A stretch of 64,000 nt of DNA from Candidatus Sericytochromatia bacterium (GCA_035285865.1 JAYKHS010000024.1:37030-101029), one strand, 5' to 3'; positions 8,230 to 17,281 are shown, numbered from the stretch's first letter. Numbers and translations are program-made. The notes: generated by a model from the letters alone, not told the origin.

Positions 8230-9142
8230 CGCTCGGCCGCGGCCGGCTCACGGAGACGTTCGGAAAGAACCAGACCGGGCCCTCTTCGGCTGCCACCACG
8301 AGGTCGCGGCAACCGGGCACGAAGCTGGCGGCTTCGACCTGCCAGTCTCGGTCGTTTTTGCCATAGGCCACGCACCACGCCGGGGGCCGACCGGCCAAGC
8401 GCGTCACCCTCGGCGCGTCATCCTCGGAGCTTTCGTAGAACCAGACATGGCGGCGACCGGCCGTGACGGCGAGAAGCTTCCCGCCATCAGCAATGGCAGC
8501 GCCCGTCACCAGGCCTCCGAATCCGCCGGGCGGCGGAACGAGACCGCCGGACCGCTCCAGCAGCAGCGTTCCCTTCTCGTCCTGACGGACCGGAAACCGA
8601 TAGAGGCCATGCGCCGCATCCTTGGTGATGAGCCACCCATGCCCATCGTGGAAGAACAGCGCCTCGGCATTGAAGGTCCCCCCAGCTCGGGGGGCATCCG
8701 GATAACGGAGAGGCACGCGTTGCTCCACGCGCGTCGCATCATCCCGCCACGGATCGGGCTCGAGGACACGCAGCAGGGCAAGGTCCGTCCGGTCATGGCG
8801 GTTGTTTCCGCTGTCGGCAATCCAGAGGTGGCCATCCTCGTCGAAGGCCAATTCTTCCCAGTCCCGGTTCCGGACCCCGAGAACGCGCACTTCGCGCACC
8901 TTCCGACCATCCGGCCAGGGCTGCGCCCGACCATCCACCAACCGAAAGGCCAGAAGCACCTCCCGCGCTCCAGTGCCCGAGTCGCGGATGGCCCAGAAGA
9001 CCCCGGGGTATCGCCGAGATGCGGCGATACCGGAAACCTCATCTTGCGCAAAAGTCAGGACGGGCTCCCGGAAATCCTGAGCGGCCCACCCCGGCCACGC
9101 CATCAACAACAGCGCGAGGCAGAGCAGGAAATGACTCCCCAT
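8222..9142 (-). CDS. Secreted hypothetical protein, probable beta-propeller
   Basis: Signal peptide (LLCLALLLMAWPGWA-AQ); EVSGIAASRRYPGVFWAIRDSG, DWEELAFD, LWIADSGNN, NAEALF blade-like motifs. Confidence 0.7.
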   Translation of the reverse strand: MGSHFLLCLALLLMAWPGWAAQDFREPVLTFAQDEVSGIAASRRYPGVFWAIRDSGTGAREVLLAFRLVDGRAQPWPDGRKVREVRVLGVRNRDWEELAFDEDGHLWIADSGNNRHDRTDLALLRVLEPDPWRDDATRVEQRVPLRYPDAPRAGGTFNAEALFFHDGHGWLITKDAAHGLYRFPVRQDEKGTLLLERSGGLVPPPGGFGGLVTGAAIADGGKLLAVTAGRRHVWFYESSEDDAPRVTRLAGRPPAWCVAYGKNDRDWQVEAASFVPGCRDLVVAAEEGPVWFFPNVSVSRPRPSVR

Positions 9143-9199
9143 GCCTCAAGAATCGCACGCCACGGCAACGGCCGACCAGCATCGAGGGCAAGCGGCAAG

Positions 9200-9228
9200 A
9201 GGGGCCCGGATCATCGATCCGGACCCCT
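9200..9228 (-). terminator. Hairpin downstream of tRNA-Arg (putative terminator/processing stem)
   Basis: Minus strand AGGGGTCCGGATC-GAT-GATCCGGGCCCCT, 13-bp stem with one G.U. Only a weak U-tail (CTT). Confidence 0.55.
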
Positions 9229-9233
9229 GTCCA

Positions 9234-9307
9234 CGCCCGCTGAGGGACTCGAACCCCCGACATCAACCTTAGGACGGTCGCGTTCTATCCAACTGAACTA
9301 AACGGGC
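9234..9307 (-). tRNA. tRNA-Arg (anticodon CCT), CCA not encoded
   Basis: Cloverleaf: GCCCGTT/AGCGGGC acceptor, GTTC/GAAC D-stem with GGA (A20 Arg determinant), CGACC-GTCCTAA-GGTTG anticodon arm, GGGGG-TTCGAGT-CCCTC T-arm, discriminator G. Confidence 0.95.
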
Positions 9308-9315
9308 CTCGGTCC

Positions 9316-9344
9316 ATCCTACGCCGCACGGCGCACCATGCCAA
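9316..9344 (-). promoter_or_regulatory. Sigma70-type promoter for tRNA-Arg
   Basis: TTGGCA-17 nt-TAGGAT, ending 8 nt before the tRNA 5' end. Confidence 0.7.
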
Positions 9345-9350
9345 GAGGCT

Positions 9351-10670
9351 TCAGGCCGACCAGCTGCCCATCCGTTCGAGGTCCTCGGGCGAACCGTGTC
9401 GGATGGCCTCGAGCTCGGCCTCGGGAATCTTCAGGAAGATCTCGACGATCTCCGGGTCGTACATCCGCCCCGACCAGCGCTGGATCTCCTCGATGGCCAC
9501 TCCATGGGCCAAAGCCTTGCGGTAAGCGCGATCCGAGCACATGGCGTCGTAGGTGTCGGCCACGGAGAGCACCCTCGAGCCATAGGGTATCTCGTCCCCC
9601 GCCAACCCCTTGAAGTACCCGCGGCCATCAAAGCGCTCATGGTGGTAGCCGGCCACGTCCGCCAGCTCCTCGAGGCCCGTGATCGACTGCAGGATGATGC
9701 GGGTCTTGCGCGGATGCTCGCGGATGACGGCCCACTCCTCCTCAGTGAGCTTGCCGGGATTGTCGAGAATCTGGCCTGGCACGCCCACCTTGCCGGCGTC
9801 GTGCAGCAGACCGGCGTGGTAGATCAGTCGGACCTTGTCCTCGGGCAAGCGCGCGTACTGCGCCAAGAGACGACCGTAGGCGGCGGTCCGCCAGCTGTGG
9901 CCGTGGGTGTAGGCGTGCTTTGCATCGATGACGCTGGCGAAGACCCGCAGGATGCTCTCGACGAAGGCCTCGGGCGGTACGTCGATCAGGCGAGCCAGGT
10001 CCAGCACGTCCAGCTTCAGGGCACGCCAATGGCGGTCGGCGAAGGTGGTGATGGACCAAGGGCCCTCCTTCTGGACCTCGAGATAGGCATCGCCCACCTC
10101 CTCCGTGACCTTGCGCCCACGCCAGCGCCATGCGACCTCCCGCAGACGCTTGGAAGGATCCGTGTCGAGTCGGGGCGAGGTCAGGAACACGATTTCGTCC
10201 AACTCGTTGACCAGCCCGAGAACCTGAGCGGCCGTGGAGAGCTGCGCGCCCTTGAGGCCATGGGGATAACCCGAGCCGTCGAGCCGCTCCTTGTGCTGGG
10301 CAATCAGCACGGCAGCCCCCGCCAGCGTCGGGATACGCGCACAGATCTGCGCACCCACGACCGGGTGGCGACTCAGAAGCTCGGGTACCGGGCCGCCATC
10401 CGTCAGGCGCATCAGCTCCAGCCGCTGGGCCTCCTCGAGGCAGATTTCACCCAGATCGTGCAGCAATCCGGCGTAGAAAATGTCCCGCAGCACATCCGTC
10501 GACAGGCCCAGCTTTGCCGCCGTCTGCACGCTGACGATCGCCACACGCAAGGAATGCTGCTGTTTGTGCCCCAGCGCCATGTCCAGTATCAGGGACAGCG
10601 CCTTGAGCAAGTCCTTGAAGAGCTGCTGGCTACGGTCCGAGAGGATTCGGGAAATGAGGTGGTCGTTCAT
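9351..10670 (-). CDS. Tandem HD-GYP domain phosphodiesterase
   Basis: Domain 1: HSLRV, LLHDLG, HKERLDGSGYP (degenerate). Domain 2: HSWRT, LLHDAGK, HHERFDGRGY, ADTYDAM..RAYR. ATG 10670 overlaps the GH57 stop (ATGA). Confidence 0.9.
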   Translation of the reverse strand: MNDHLISRILSDRSQQLFKDLLKALSLILDMALGHKQQHSLRVAIVSVQTAAKLGLSTDVLRDIFYAGLLHDLGEICLEEAQRLELMRLTDGGPVPELLSRHPVVGAQICARIPTLAGAAVLIAQHKERLDGSGYPHGLKGAQLSTAAQVLGLVNELDEIVFLTSPRLDTDPSKRLREVAWRWRGRKVTEEVGDAYLEVQKEGPWSITTFADRHWRALKLDVLDLARLIDVPPEAFVESILRVFASVIDAKHAYTHGHSWRTAAYGRLLAQYARLPEDKVRLIYHAGLLHDAGKVGVPGQILDNPGKLTEEEWAVIREHPRKTRIILQSITGLEELADVAGYHHERFDGRGYFKGLAGDEIPYGSRVLSVADTYDAMCSDRAYRKALAHGVAIEEIQRWSGRMYDPEIVEIFLKIPEAELEAIRHGSPEDLERMGSWSA

Positions 10671-12886
10671 GGAGAAGGGGCGGTGCCCAAACGTCCATGT
10701 TCCCCGGAAGCAGCCGATTTCACCCTGTCCACCCCTTCGCCGGGGGCTTGCGATGGTCGTCGCAACGTCAAGGTACTGGCCAGGGGGGCGCAATCGATCA
10801 GCATGCCCTCGCGCAGATGGGCCAGGACGAAATGAGCCTCATCGCCCGGCATCATCCGGAGCCACGCCCACGGTACCGCCCACTCGACGGTATCGAGACC
10901 GCTCGAGGCCATCTGCACGGGCAGGCGCTGCCAACGCCGGAACTCGCCCGCCTCCTCGAAGAAGACCACGCCCTCCTCAGGCCGGATGCGCACGAGATGC
11001 GAGTAGTGGAAGGCCGCAACCGGCGCCTGGACTGCCAGGGTCTCGGCCGGCAGGGGCGCATTGTGTCCTGTCCTTCCGGGGTGGAACCACGCCACGAGAA
11101 CTTCGTCCCCGGCAGCCCGGGCAAAGGCAGGCCCCAGGTCGAGCCGCATCGTCACGACGGCGTCGGAGGACCACCAGTCCAGGCGACCGAGGCCATGGTC
11201 GGCACCCTGGTGCATGGCCCCCTGCCCGGCCGCCGGGTCGTGCGTCCCCTGGCCATCCGCACCGGAAGCCGCCCGCGGCGTGACGGGCTCATCCAGCTCC
11301 TCGGGCACGGCAAGCCCCATCGCGCGCCACGCCGCACGCAAGTGCGCCCGGAACTGAGCATCGAAGCGCTCGTCCTGCCCCGAATCGTGACCGGCCCCGA
11401 ACCACCAGAACCAGTCGCTGCCCTCGGCGGCCAGCAACTCCTGAAAGGCCTCGTCCTTGCCGATGCCCTGATGCTCCTCCCACGCCGCGCGCACGTCCGC
11501 CAGCAACTCCCACGCCCGATTCTTCGTCGGCTCGCCGATCCACGTCGTGTAGTCCGCCCCGATCCAGGAGCCGCAATGGATGGGCGGCAGGGTCACGGTC
11601 GGCGAATGCTTGGCCAAGTAGCCGGTCACGGTGCAGGCCTCGATGTCCGGATCGGCGGCGAGGCGGCGGTAAAGCGCCTCGAGGAACGGCCGGCCATCAC
11701 CCGGATAGTGCTCCCAGCAGTTCTCCCCATCGAGCGCGATCGTGACCAGCGGATCCTCGAGCGGCGTGCGGCGCGCGATGGCCGTCAGGCGGGCGTGCAC
11801 GTCCGCAGCCGCGGCCTCGGGCTCCCACGTGGCATAGGTAAAGCCGATCCGATCCGAGAGCACGATGTCGCGGAAGGCCATCGCAACGGGCCCCGCCGTC
11901 GTACGCACGACATACGGACGATACAGCAGCTCGGGCCGCGTCGGCAGTCCGTGGCCATCCCGCTCGAAGCGCACACCCAGCGTGTGAGCGAGGACCCCCT
12001 CGTCCGAGAGCGTCCACTTGATCCCTTCACGCGCCAGCAGGGCGAGGGTCGCGGGGGACACCGACTGCTCGCTCGGCCACATGCCCGATGGCCGGTGCCC
12101 CATCCACTCCGCGAACTTGTCCAGGCCCGAGCGCACGTGATGGCGAGCATCCTGGGGCCACGCAAAGCGACGACGAGGCAACGGCAGATGCGGCCGCGCC
12201 TGCCGCGCCACGTTCGTGTCGATGAGCAGCGGCAGAATGGGATGGTAGTACGGCGTGGTCGTGAGTTCGACGGCACCGCGGGCCGCCAGGTCCCGATAGG
12301 CCGGCACGATGCGTCCCAGGATACGGCGATGGAGTGCCGCCAATTGGCGGGCATCCTCGGCATCGAAACCGCGGTCCTTCGCGATCAGTCGGTCGAGTAG
12401 CGGTTCGGACGCTCGCCACGCCGGATCTACCCACGCCAGATTGAACCAGACGACGAGGTCGGTCCAGTCTTGATGCGTGAAAGCCCGCACCGCCTCGGAC
12501 GGACTGTAGGAGGCAAGAAGCTCTTCCCGCTTGGCCAGCAGCTGCGCATAACGCGGATAAGGCTTGGCCATGTGGTCCCAGTGCAGGTCGAAGAACCGCT
12601 GGATGGCATAAGTGCGATCCTCGTGAGTCCACGCCGCGGCGGGACGCAACAACAGATCAAGCGCCGCATCCGTCAGACTGCCGTCGGCATAGGCGATGAT
12701 CTGGTCCAGCAGCGACGGTACCAGGTTGAAGGTCTGGCGAATGTCAGGATGCTCCTCGAGCAGAAGCAGCATGTCGAGATAATCCTTGACCCCATGCAGG
12801 CGAACCCAGGGCATGTGGGCAAAGCCCGTACCGCGCTCGCGGTAGGTGGGCTGATGCATGTGCCAGACAAATGCGACGTGTAACAC
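10667..12886 (-). CDS. Glycoside hydrolase family 57 (amylopullulanase/glucanotransferase-like)
   Basis: WHMHQP, PYYHPILPLL, WPSEQS (nucleophile Glu), LDGENCWE (acid/base Asp), AEGSDWFWW. Confidence 0.93.
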   Translation of the reverse strand: MLHVAFVWHMHQPTYRERGTGFAHMPWVRLHGVKDYLDMLLLLEEHPDIRQTFNLVPSLLDQIIAYADGSLTDAALDLLLRPAAAWTHEDRTYAIQRFFDLHWDHMAKPYPRYAQLLAKREELLASYSPSEAVRAFTHQDWTDLVVWFNLAWVDPAWRASEPLLDRLIAKDRGFDAEDARQLAALHRRILGRIVPAYRDLAARGAVELTTTPYYHPILPLLIDTNVARQARPHLPLPRRRFAWPQDARHHVRSGLDKFAEWMGHRPSGMWPSEQSVSPATLALLAREGIKWTLSDEGVLAHTLGVRFERDGHGLPTRPELLYRPYVVRTTAGPVAMAFRDIVLSDRIGFTYATWEPEAAAADVHARLTAIARRTPLEDPLVTIALDGENCWEHYPGDGRPFLEALYRRLAADPDIEACTVTGYLAKHSPTVTLPPIHCGSWIGADYTTWIGEPTKNRAWELLADVRAAWEEHQGIGKDEAFQELLAAEGSDWFWWFGAGHDSGQDERFDAQFRAHLRAAWRAMGLAVPEELDEPVTPRAASGADGQGTHDPAAGQGAMHQGADHGLGRLDWWSSDAVVTMRLDLGPAFARAAGDEVLVAWFHPGRTGHNAPLPAETLAVQAPVAAFHYSHLVRIRPEEGVVFFEEAGEFRRWQRLPVQMASSGLDTVEWAVPWAWLRMMPGDEAHFVLAHLREGMLIDCAPLASTLTLRRPSQAPGEGVDRVKSAASGEHGRLGTAPSP

Positions 12887-13061
12887 GGAATCCTTGCGGC
12901 CAATGGTCTAAGCAGGGAAAGCACGCTTGGCGAACCGAACGTCCAAGCCACACTAGGATACCCGCCCCGGCGAACGGCTTCCACACCATGGCATCCCATC
13001 CGCTTCATCCGCACCGGTCCGGTCCTTGCACCAGACCGCATCGGCACGGGCTCCGCTGACC

Positions 13062-13997
13062 ATGCTGGACTGGCTGCTGGTGCCCGCCATTGCCGCACCG
13101 CTGGCGGTCGGAGGACTGACCTACGAGGTCGACAAGGGGGGTCTCGCTCCCTCATCCGGCAACGAAACCGAGCTGTGGGCCAACGCCCCCGATGCATCCG
13201 TGGTCGTGCGCAACCGACAGACGGGCGCGTGGACAGGACCCTTGCGATGGACGAACGTCATGCCCGATTCGGTCCTCGTCAGCCGCGGTGGCGTCGGCGA
13301 GGGCACGGCCGGCCGGAGTGGCGACATTGCCGCCCCCCTCGCACTCGCAGGCGGTGGTACCGGAGCATGGTCGCTGCGTCCGCCCCGTGTGCACGGAGGC
13401 ACCGTAGCCTTCGTCTCCCACGTCGGCTCGGGATGGCGCGGCCTGAAGGACCATGGGACGCCGCGATTCGCCCTCGTGCTGGGTGGCACGCCCAGCGGAG
13501 CCGCGATGAACCTCGTCCGCGGATCAGGCCTTCCCACCTACCTGCTGGCCGGAATCCGCGATGATGCGGCCACGACGCGTCGGCGCCTCGGCCAACCCTG
13601 GCAGGCCTTCACCTGGCAGGACCAGCGCTTCCTGCTGCTGGACAATCGGGCGCACAAGCTGGGCCGGGTCCAGCTCACGTGGCTGGAGCGCCAGGTCGTG
13701 GCCACCCGGACCTCCGGTGCCCGGCGCACATGGGTCCTGATGCAGCATCCACCGGTCATTCCGGGCGGTCGCGGGCCCGATGGACTCGACGATCGTCGCG
13801 AGGCCCGCAAGGTCGCCAAGTTGCTGCGGGGTCTGCCGGGCGCACAACTGGTCGCCGGCCATACGGGCCGGAGCGCGCGCCGACGCTGGGGAGGACTCGA
13901 GATCACACTCGTGGGGCCGAACAGCGTCCTGTCGGCCGACCTCGCTCGTCCAGCGGCCGCACCTGTCCTTTCAGGCGGGACTGAAAAGAAGCGCTAG
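13062..13997 (+). CDS. Degenerate calcineurin-like metallophosphoesterase-fold protein
   Basis: RFLLLDN, QLTWLE, VLMQHPP, VAGHT give the fold, but the metal ligands are substituted. Hydrophobic N-terminus; start uncertain. Confidence 0.65.
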   Translation: MLDWLLVPAIAAPLAVGGLTYEVDKGGLAPSSGNETELWANAPDASVVVRNRQTGAWTGPLRWTNVMPDSVLVSRGGVGEGTAGRSGDIAAPLALAGGGTGAWSLRPPRVHGGTVAFVSHVGSGWRGLKDHGTPRFALVLGGTPSGAAMNLVRGSGLPTYLLAGIRDDAATTRRRLGQPWQAFTWQDQRFLLLDNRAHKLGRVQLTWLERQVVATRTSGARRTWVLMQHPPVIPGGRGPDGLDDRREARKVAKLLRGLPGAQLVAGHTGRSARRRWGGLEITLVGPNSVLSADLARPAAAPVLSGGTEKKR

Positions 13998-14065
13998 AGC
14001 AGCGTCATCCGTGCCGACGGGGACATGCCGGGCGAACATTCCGGGCAGATGCTGCATCCATGCGG

Positions 14066-14117
14066 TGCCTACCCGTCCTGCATGCCTGATGTCGGAGGCA
14101 TCCAGGACGGGTAGGTA
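14066..14117. repeat. Long inverted repeat immediately upstream of the nucleotidyltransferase pseudogene
   Basis: CCTACCCGTCCTGCATGCCT (14068-14087) / AGGCATCCAGGACGGGTAGG (14096-14115): 19 of 20 complementary, 8-nt loop. Confidence 0.8.
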
Positions 14118-14123
14118 AGCCAC

Positions 14124-14609
14124 CTGTTCTATATGGACCTCTTCGCCGCCCTGCGACGCCACGAGGTCCACCACGTCCTGATTGGAGGCCTTGCAGTCTC
14201 GCTGCACGGCATCGAGCGCGCCACGATGGATATCGACCTCGCCCTCGACTGCGAACCTGAAAACCTGCGTGCCATGGTCGAGGTTGCCCGGGAGCAGAGC
14301 CTGCAGCCCACTCTGGCCCTCCCCCTCGAGGCACTTGCGGACCGAGCACTGCTGGCCTAATGGCAGCAGGAGCGGAACCTCACGGCCTTCGCCTTGCGCG
14401 GCAAGGAACTGGCCGGTATGACCATAGTCCTGCTGCTCTTCCCTCCGGTCCCCGTCCGCGACATGGAACGCAGGGCGCTGAACCTCGACGTGGCGGGCAC
14501 CACCATCCAGGTGGCCGGCATCGAGGGCCTGATCCGTCTCAAGGTGCACGCAGGTCGCCCCATCGACCTCGCGGACATCGCGCATCTGCGCAGGTTGCAA
14601 CAGCCGTGA
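14124..14609 (+). pseudogene. Pol-beta-superfamily nucleotidyltransferase interrupted by in-frame TAA
   Basis: LIGGLAVSLHGIERATMDIDL at the N-terminus and LIRLKVHAGRPIDLADIAHL at the C-terminus. ORFs 14133-14360 and 14394-14609 share a frame and are split only by TAA at 14358-14360. Confidence 0.85.
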
Positions 14610-14818
14610 CGCGACGCTTCGACCCGGGTGATCGCACCTACCTGCTCAGCGATGCGCGCCTCGAGGCCTTCCGTAAGCTGACCCCGGAACAGAGGCTGGC
14701 GTGGGTGGAGCAACTGGCAGCCTTTCCCCGGTTGGCCCGACTGGCTCGGGAGGGGTCGCCGCCAGACACCAGCCTCCCCCAAAGCAGCAACCCTGCCCCC
14801 GAGGGGACAGGGCTGTGA
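14606..14818 (+). CDS. Small hypothetical partner protein of the nucleotidyltransferase (70 aa)
   Basis: GTGA overlap with the NTase stop; MTRRFDPGDRTYLLSDARLEAFRKLTPEQRLAWVEQL, a short helical protein. Confidence 0.65.
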   Translation: MTRRFDPGDRTYLLSDARLEAFRKLTPEQRLAWVEQLAAFPRLARLAREGSPPDTSLPQSSNPAPEGTGL

Positions 14819-14965
14819 AGCTCGCCGGGTCCTAGCGGACGAACGGCAGGCGGATCTTGGTCTCGCGGGCGCCTTGGAGGGTGCCTTCGGTGGTCCACTG
14901 ACGCATGGGTTGCTCCTTCCGGATATGTGAACGGCCACGGGGCCGAATCATGTCGCTTGGGGGTG

Positions 14966-16228
14966 TCACCGGACGCCGAGGGCGGCGTCTGCCTGGACGA
15001 GACCGTGGCCGAAGACAACGTCGTGTCCCTTGGGGCCAAGGTCGAGCGAGGTCCGCTCGACGTGCGTGCGGACCTTTTTCCAGTCCCAGTCGGGGTGCAC
15101 CGACCAGGTCAGGGCGCAGGTCGCCGCGACGACCGGGCAGGCCATCGAGGTTCCCTGCAGAGGGGCGTAGAACTTGGGGTAGCCGAACTTGTTGAGTGGC
15201 ACGTCGTAGGTCGGCGTCGTGGCGACGATGTTCGTGCCAGGCGCGCCGACGCTGATCTCGGGGCCGTAGTTGGAGAAGTTGGCCTTCTCGTCCTTCTCGC
15301 TGATGGCCGAGACGGCCATGTAGTACTTGTCCCAGCGGGCAGGAGTGCCGACGGCCGTGTTGCTGTTGCCGGCGGCGGCGACCAGGAGGGCGCCCTTGCG
15401 GGTCGCATACCAGCCGGTGGTGTACGAGACGCCGTCGACGGTGGCCGCGCCGCCCAGCGACATGTTCACCACGACGTGGACCTTGTTCTCGACGCCATAG
15501 TCGGCAGCGAACTTCACGCCCTTGGCAATCTGGTAGAGGCTGCCACCGCCGGTGGCCGCCAGCACCTGTACAGGCAGGATGCGGGCCTTGGGCGCCACGC
15601 CCGTCACGCCCTCGGCGTTGTTCTGCACGGCGGCGATGGTACCGGCGACGTGGGTACCGTGGCCTTGCTCGTCCAGACCGTCGGGCAGGTTGTTCACATA
15701 CGAGAAGCCCTTGCTCACGATGTTGGCCGCGAGGTCCGGATGACCATAATCCACGCCGGTGTCCACGACGGCGACGACCACGCCTTCACCCTGCGTCCGG
15801 CTCCACGCCTTCTGGGCGCCGATGCGGTTGATGTACCACTGCTGGGCGAAGAGGGGGTCGTCCACGGACAACGCGCCACGGAACAGGTCGAGTGCGCGGG
15901 GCTTGTAGGCCGGCACTTCGAGTTGCACGCGACGGTTGGGTTCGACGTTGACGACCCCCTTCACCGACTTGATGGACGCGAGCAGGGCCGGCCCCTCCGC
16001 CTTGACCAGCAGGAAGCTCCCGAGGTCGCCCAGATCCAGCGTATCCACCACCTTGGCTCCAGCCGGCGCGACAAAGCGCGTTCCGGCCTTCACCTGGACC
16101 ACCTGCTCACCGGCGATGGCCTGACCCGTGACCGGGGCTTCGGCAGGCTTGCTGCCCAGCGAAGGGACCACGGCACCACAACCCGCGAGGACGACGGTCG
16201 CAGAAAGAATCCCAGCAAAGCGGCGCAT
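14966..16228 (-). CDS. S8 family serine peptidase, lipoprotein
   Basis: Lipobox VLAGC; triad motifs VVDTG, HGTHVAG, GTSMA; oxyanion AAAGN. Confidence 0.95.
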   Translation of the reverse strand: MRRFAGILSATVVLAGCGAVVPSLGSKPAEAPVTGQAIAGEQVVQVKAGTRFVAPAGAKVVDTLDLGDLGSFLLVKAEGPALLASIKSVKGVVNVEPNRRVQLEVPAYKPRALDLFRGALSVDDPLFAQQWYINRIGAQKAWSRTQGEGVVVAVVDTGVDYGHPDLAANIVSKGFSYVNNLPDGLDEQGHGTHVAGTIAAVQNNAEGVTGVAPKARILPVQVLAATGGGSLYQIAKGVKFAADYGVENKVHVVVNMSLGGAATVDGVSYTTGWYATRKGALLVAAAGNSNTAVGTPARWDKYYMAVSAISEKDEKANFSNYGPEISVGAPGTNIVATTPTYDVPLNKFGYPKFYAPLQGTSMACPVVAATCALTWSVHPDWDWKKVRTHVERTSLDLGPKGHDVVFGHGLVQADAALGVR

Positions 16229-16275
16229 CGGCGAAGCTCCCGTCTCTCGGCCCGACCTAAGTCGAGGTGAATGTG

Positions 16276-16294
16276 TAGTTAAGAAAGATTTAAG
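16276..16294 (-). promoter_or_regulatory. 11-bp-period direct repeat in AT-rich divergent intergenic region (OmpR/PhoB-family box-like)
   Basis: Minus strand CTTAAATC-TTT-CTTAACTA upstream of the S8 peptidase. Confidence 0.35.
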
Positions 16295-16372
16295 TAACAG
16301 CTCTGCTATGCTAGCTCCACATCAAGTCGGATGCAAGCCCCAACGTAAACTTTTTTCAGGCAGGAGAGGACG

Positions 16373-17281
16373 ATGCCGCGACATCTGCACGTGACGGGCA
16401 TTTCCGGCATGCTGGGCCACGACCTCGCAGCGGCTGCATTGGCCCGCGGATGGGCGGTTTCGGGCATCGGCACGCACGACGTCGAGGCGTTGTCCCTGCC
16501 GGACGGCGTTCGCTACACCCGCTGGAGTTGGGATGGCTCGACCTCGGCCGAGGACCTTCTGGCACTGGGCGTCGGCGAGGCCGATGTCGTCGTGCATGCG
16601 GCAGCCTACACCCAGGTCGACAAGGCCGAAGAAGAGGAGACCAAAGCCCACTCGGTAAACGCCCTCTGGTCGGCGCGGCTGGCGGAAGCCTGCCGGATTG
16701 CCGGCAAGCGGCTCGTCTACATCAGTACGGACTATGTCTTCGATGGCAGCCGTCAGACCCCCTGGGAGACCGGCGACCCTATCTCACCGCTCGGGGCTTA
16801 CGGCCGGACCAAGGCTGCGGGCGAGGCCGCGGCCGCGACGGCCCCTGACCACCAGATCGTCCGCACGAGCTGGCTCTTCGGCCATCACGGTCCCAACTTC
16901 GTCGAGACCATCCTCAAGGCGGCTGCCAGCCGGCCCGAACTGCGCGTGGTCGACGACCAGCATGGCTGCCCCACGGCGACGGCCGACCTGGCCGATGCCC
17001 TCCTGCGCCTTCAGGATCACGCCGCGACGGGCATCTTCCACCTGACGAACCAAGGTCCGACGACATGGTGGGGCTTCGCACGCGAGATCGTCCGGCTTGG
17101 CGGACTGGCCACGCCGGTCCTGACGCAGTCGACCGCCGAGGCAGGCAGGCCGGCTCCGCGCCCGGCGCACAGCGTCCTGTCGGACCGCGCGTGGCGGGCC
17201 CTTGGCGAGGCCCCGCTGCCCCACTGGCAAGATGCTCTGGCCCGATACATGGCCAGCAGACCCATCGCGACACGGGCCTGA
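16373..17281 (+). CDS. rfbD: dTDP-4-dehydrorhamnose reductase
   Basis: TGISGMLG, AAAYTQVDKAE, YISTDYVFDG, YGRTK, RTSWLFG, VVDDQHGCPT, APRPAHSVL. Confidence 0.95.
   Translation: MPRHLHVTGISGMLGHDLAAAALARGWAVSGIGTHDVEALSLPDGVRYTRWSWDGSTSAEDLLALGVGEADVVVHAAAYTQVDKAEEEETKAHSVNALWSARLAEACRIAGKRLVYISTDYVFDGSRQTPWETGDPISPLGAYGRTKAAGEAAAATAPDHQIVRTSWLFGHHGPNFVETILKAAASRPELRVVDDQHGCPTATADLADALLRLQDHAATGIFHLTNQGPTTWWGFAREIVRLGGLATPVLTQSTAEAGRPAPRPAHSVLSDRAWRALGEAPLPHWQDALARYMASRPIATRA

Noticed and set aside
9200..9310. tRNA-Arg as an island integration site
   Set aside because: No integrase nearby and no duplicate of the tRNA 3' end noticed in the window.
14358..14360. Programmed readthrough, Sec/Pyl or alternative genetic code at the NTase internal stop
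   Set aside because: The codon is TAA, TAA ends other genes here (e.g. rfbA), and other signs of decay favour a nonsense mutation.
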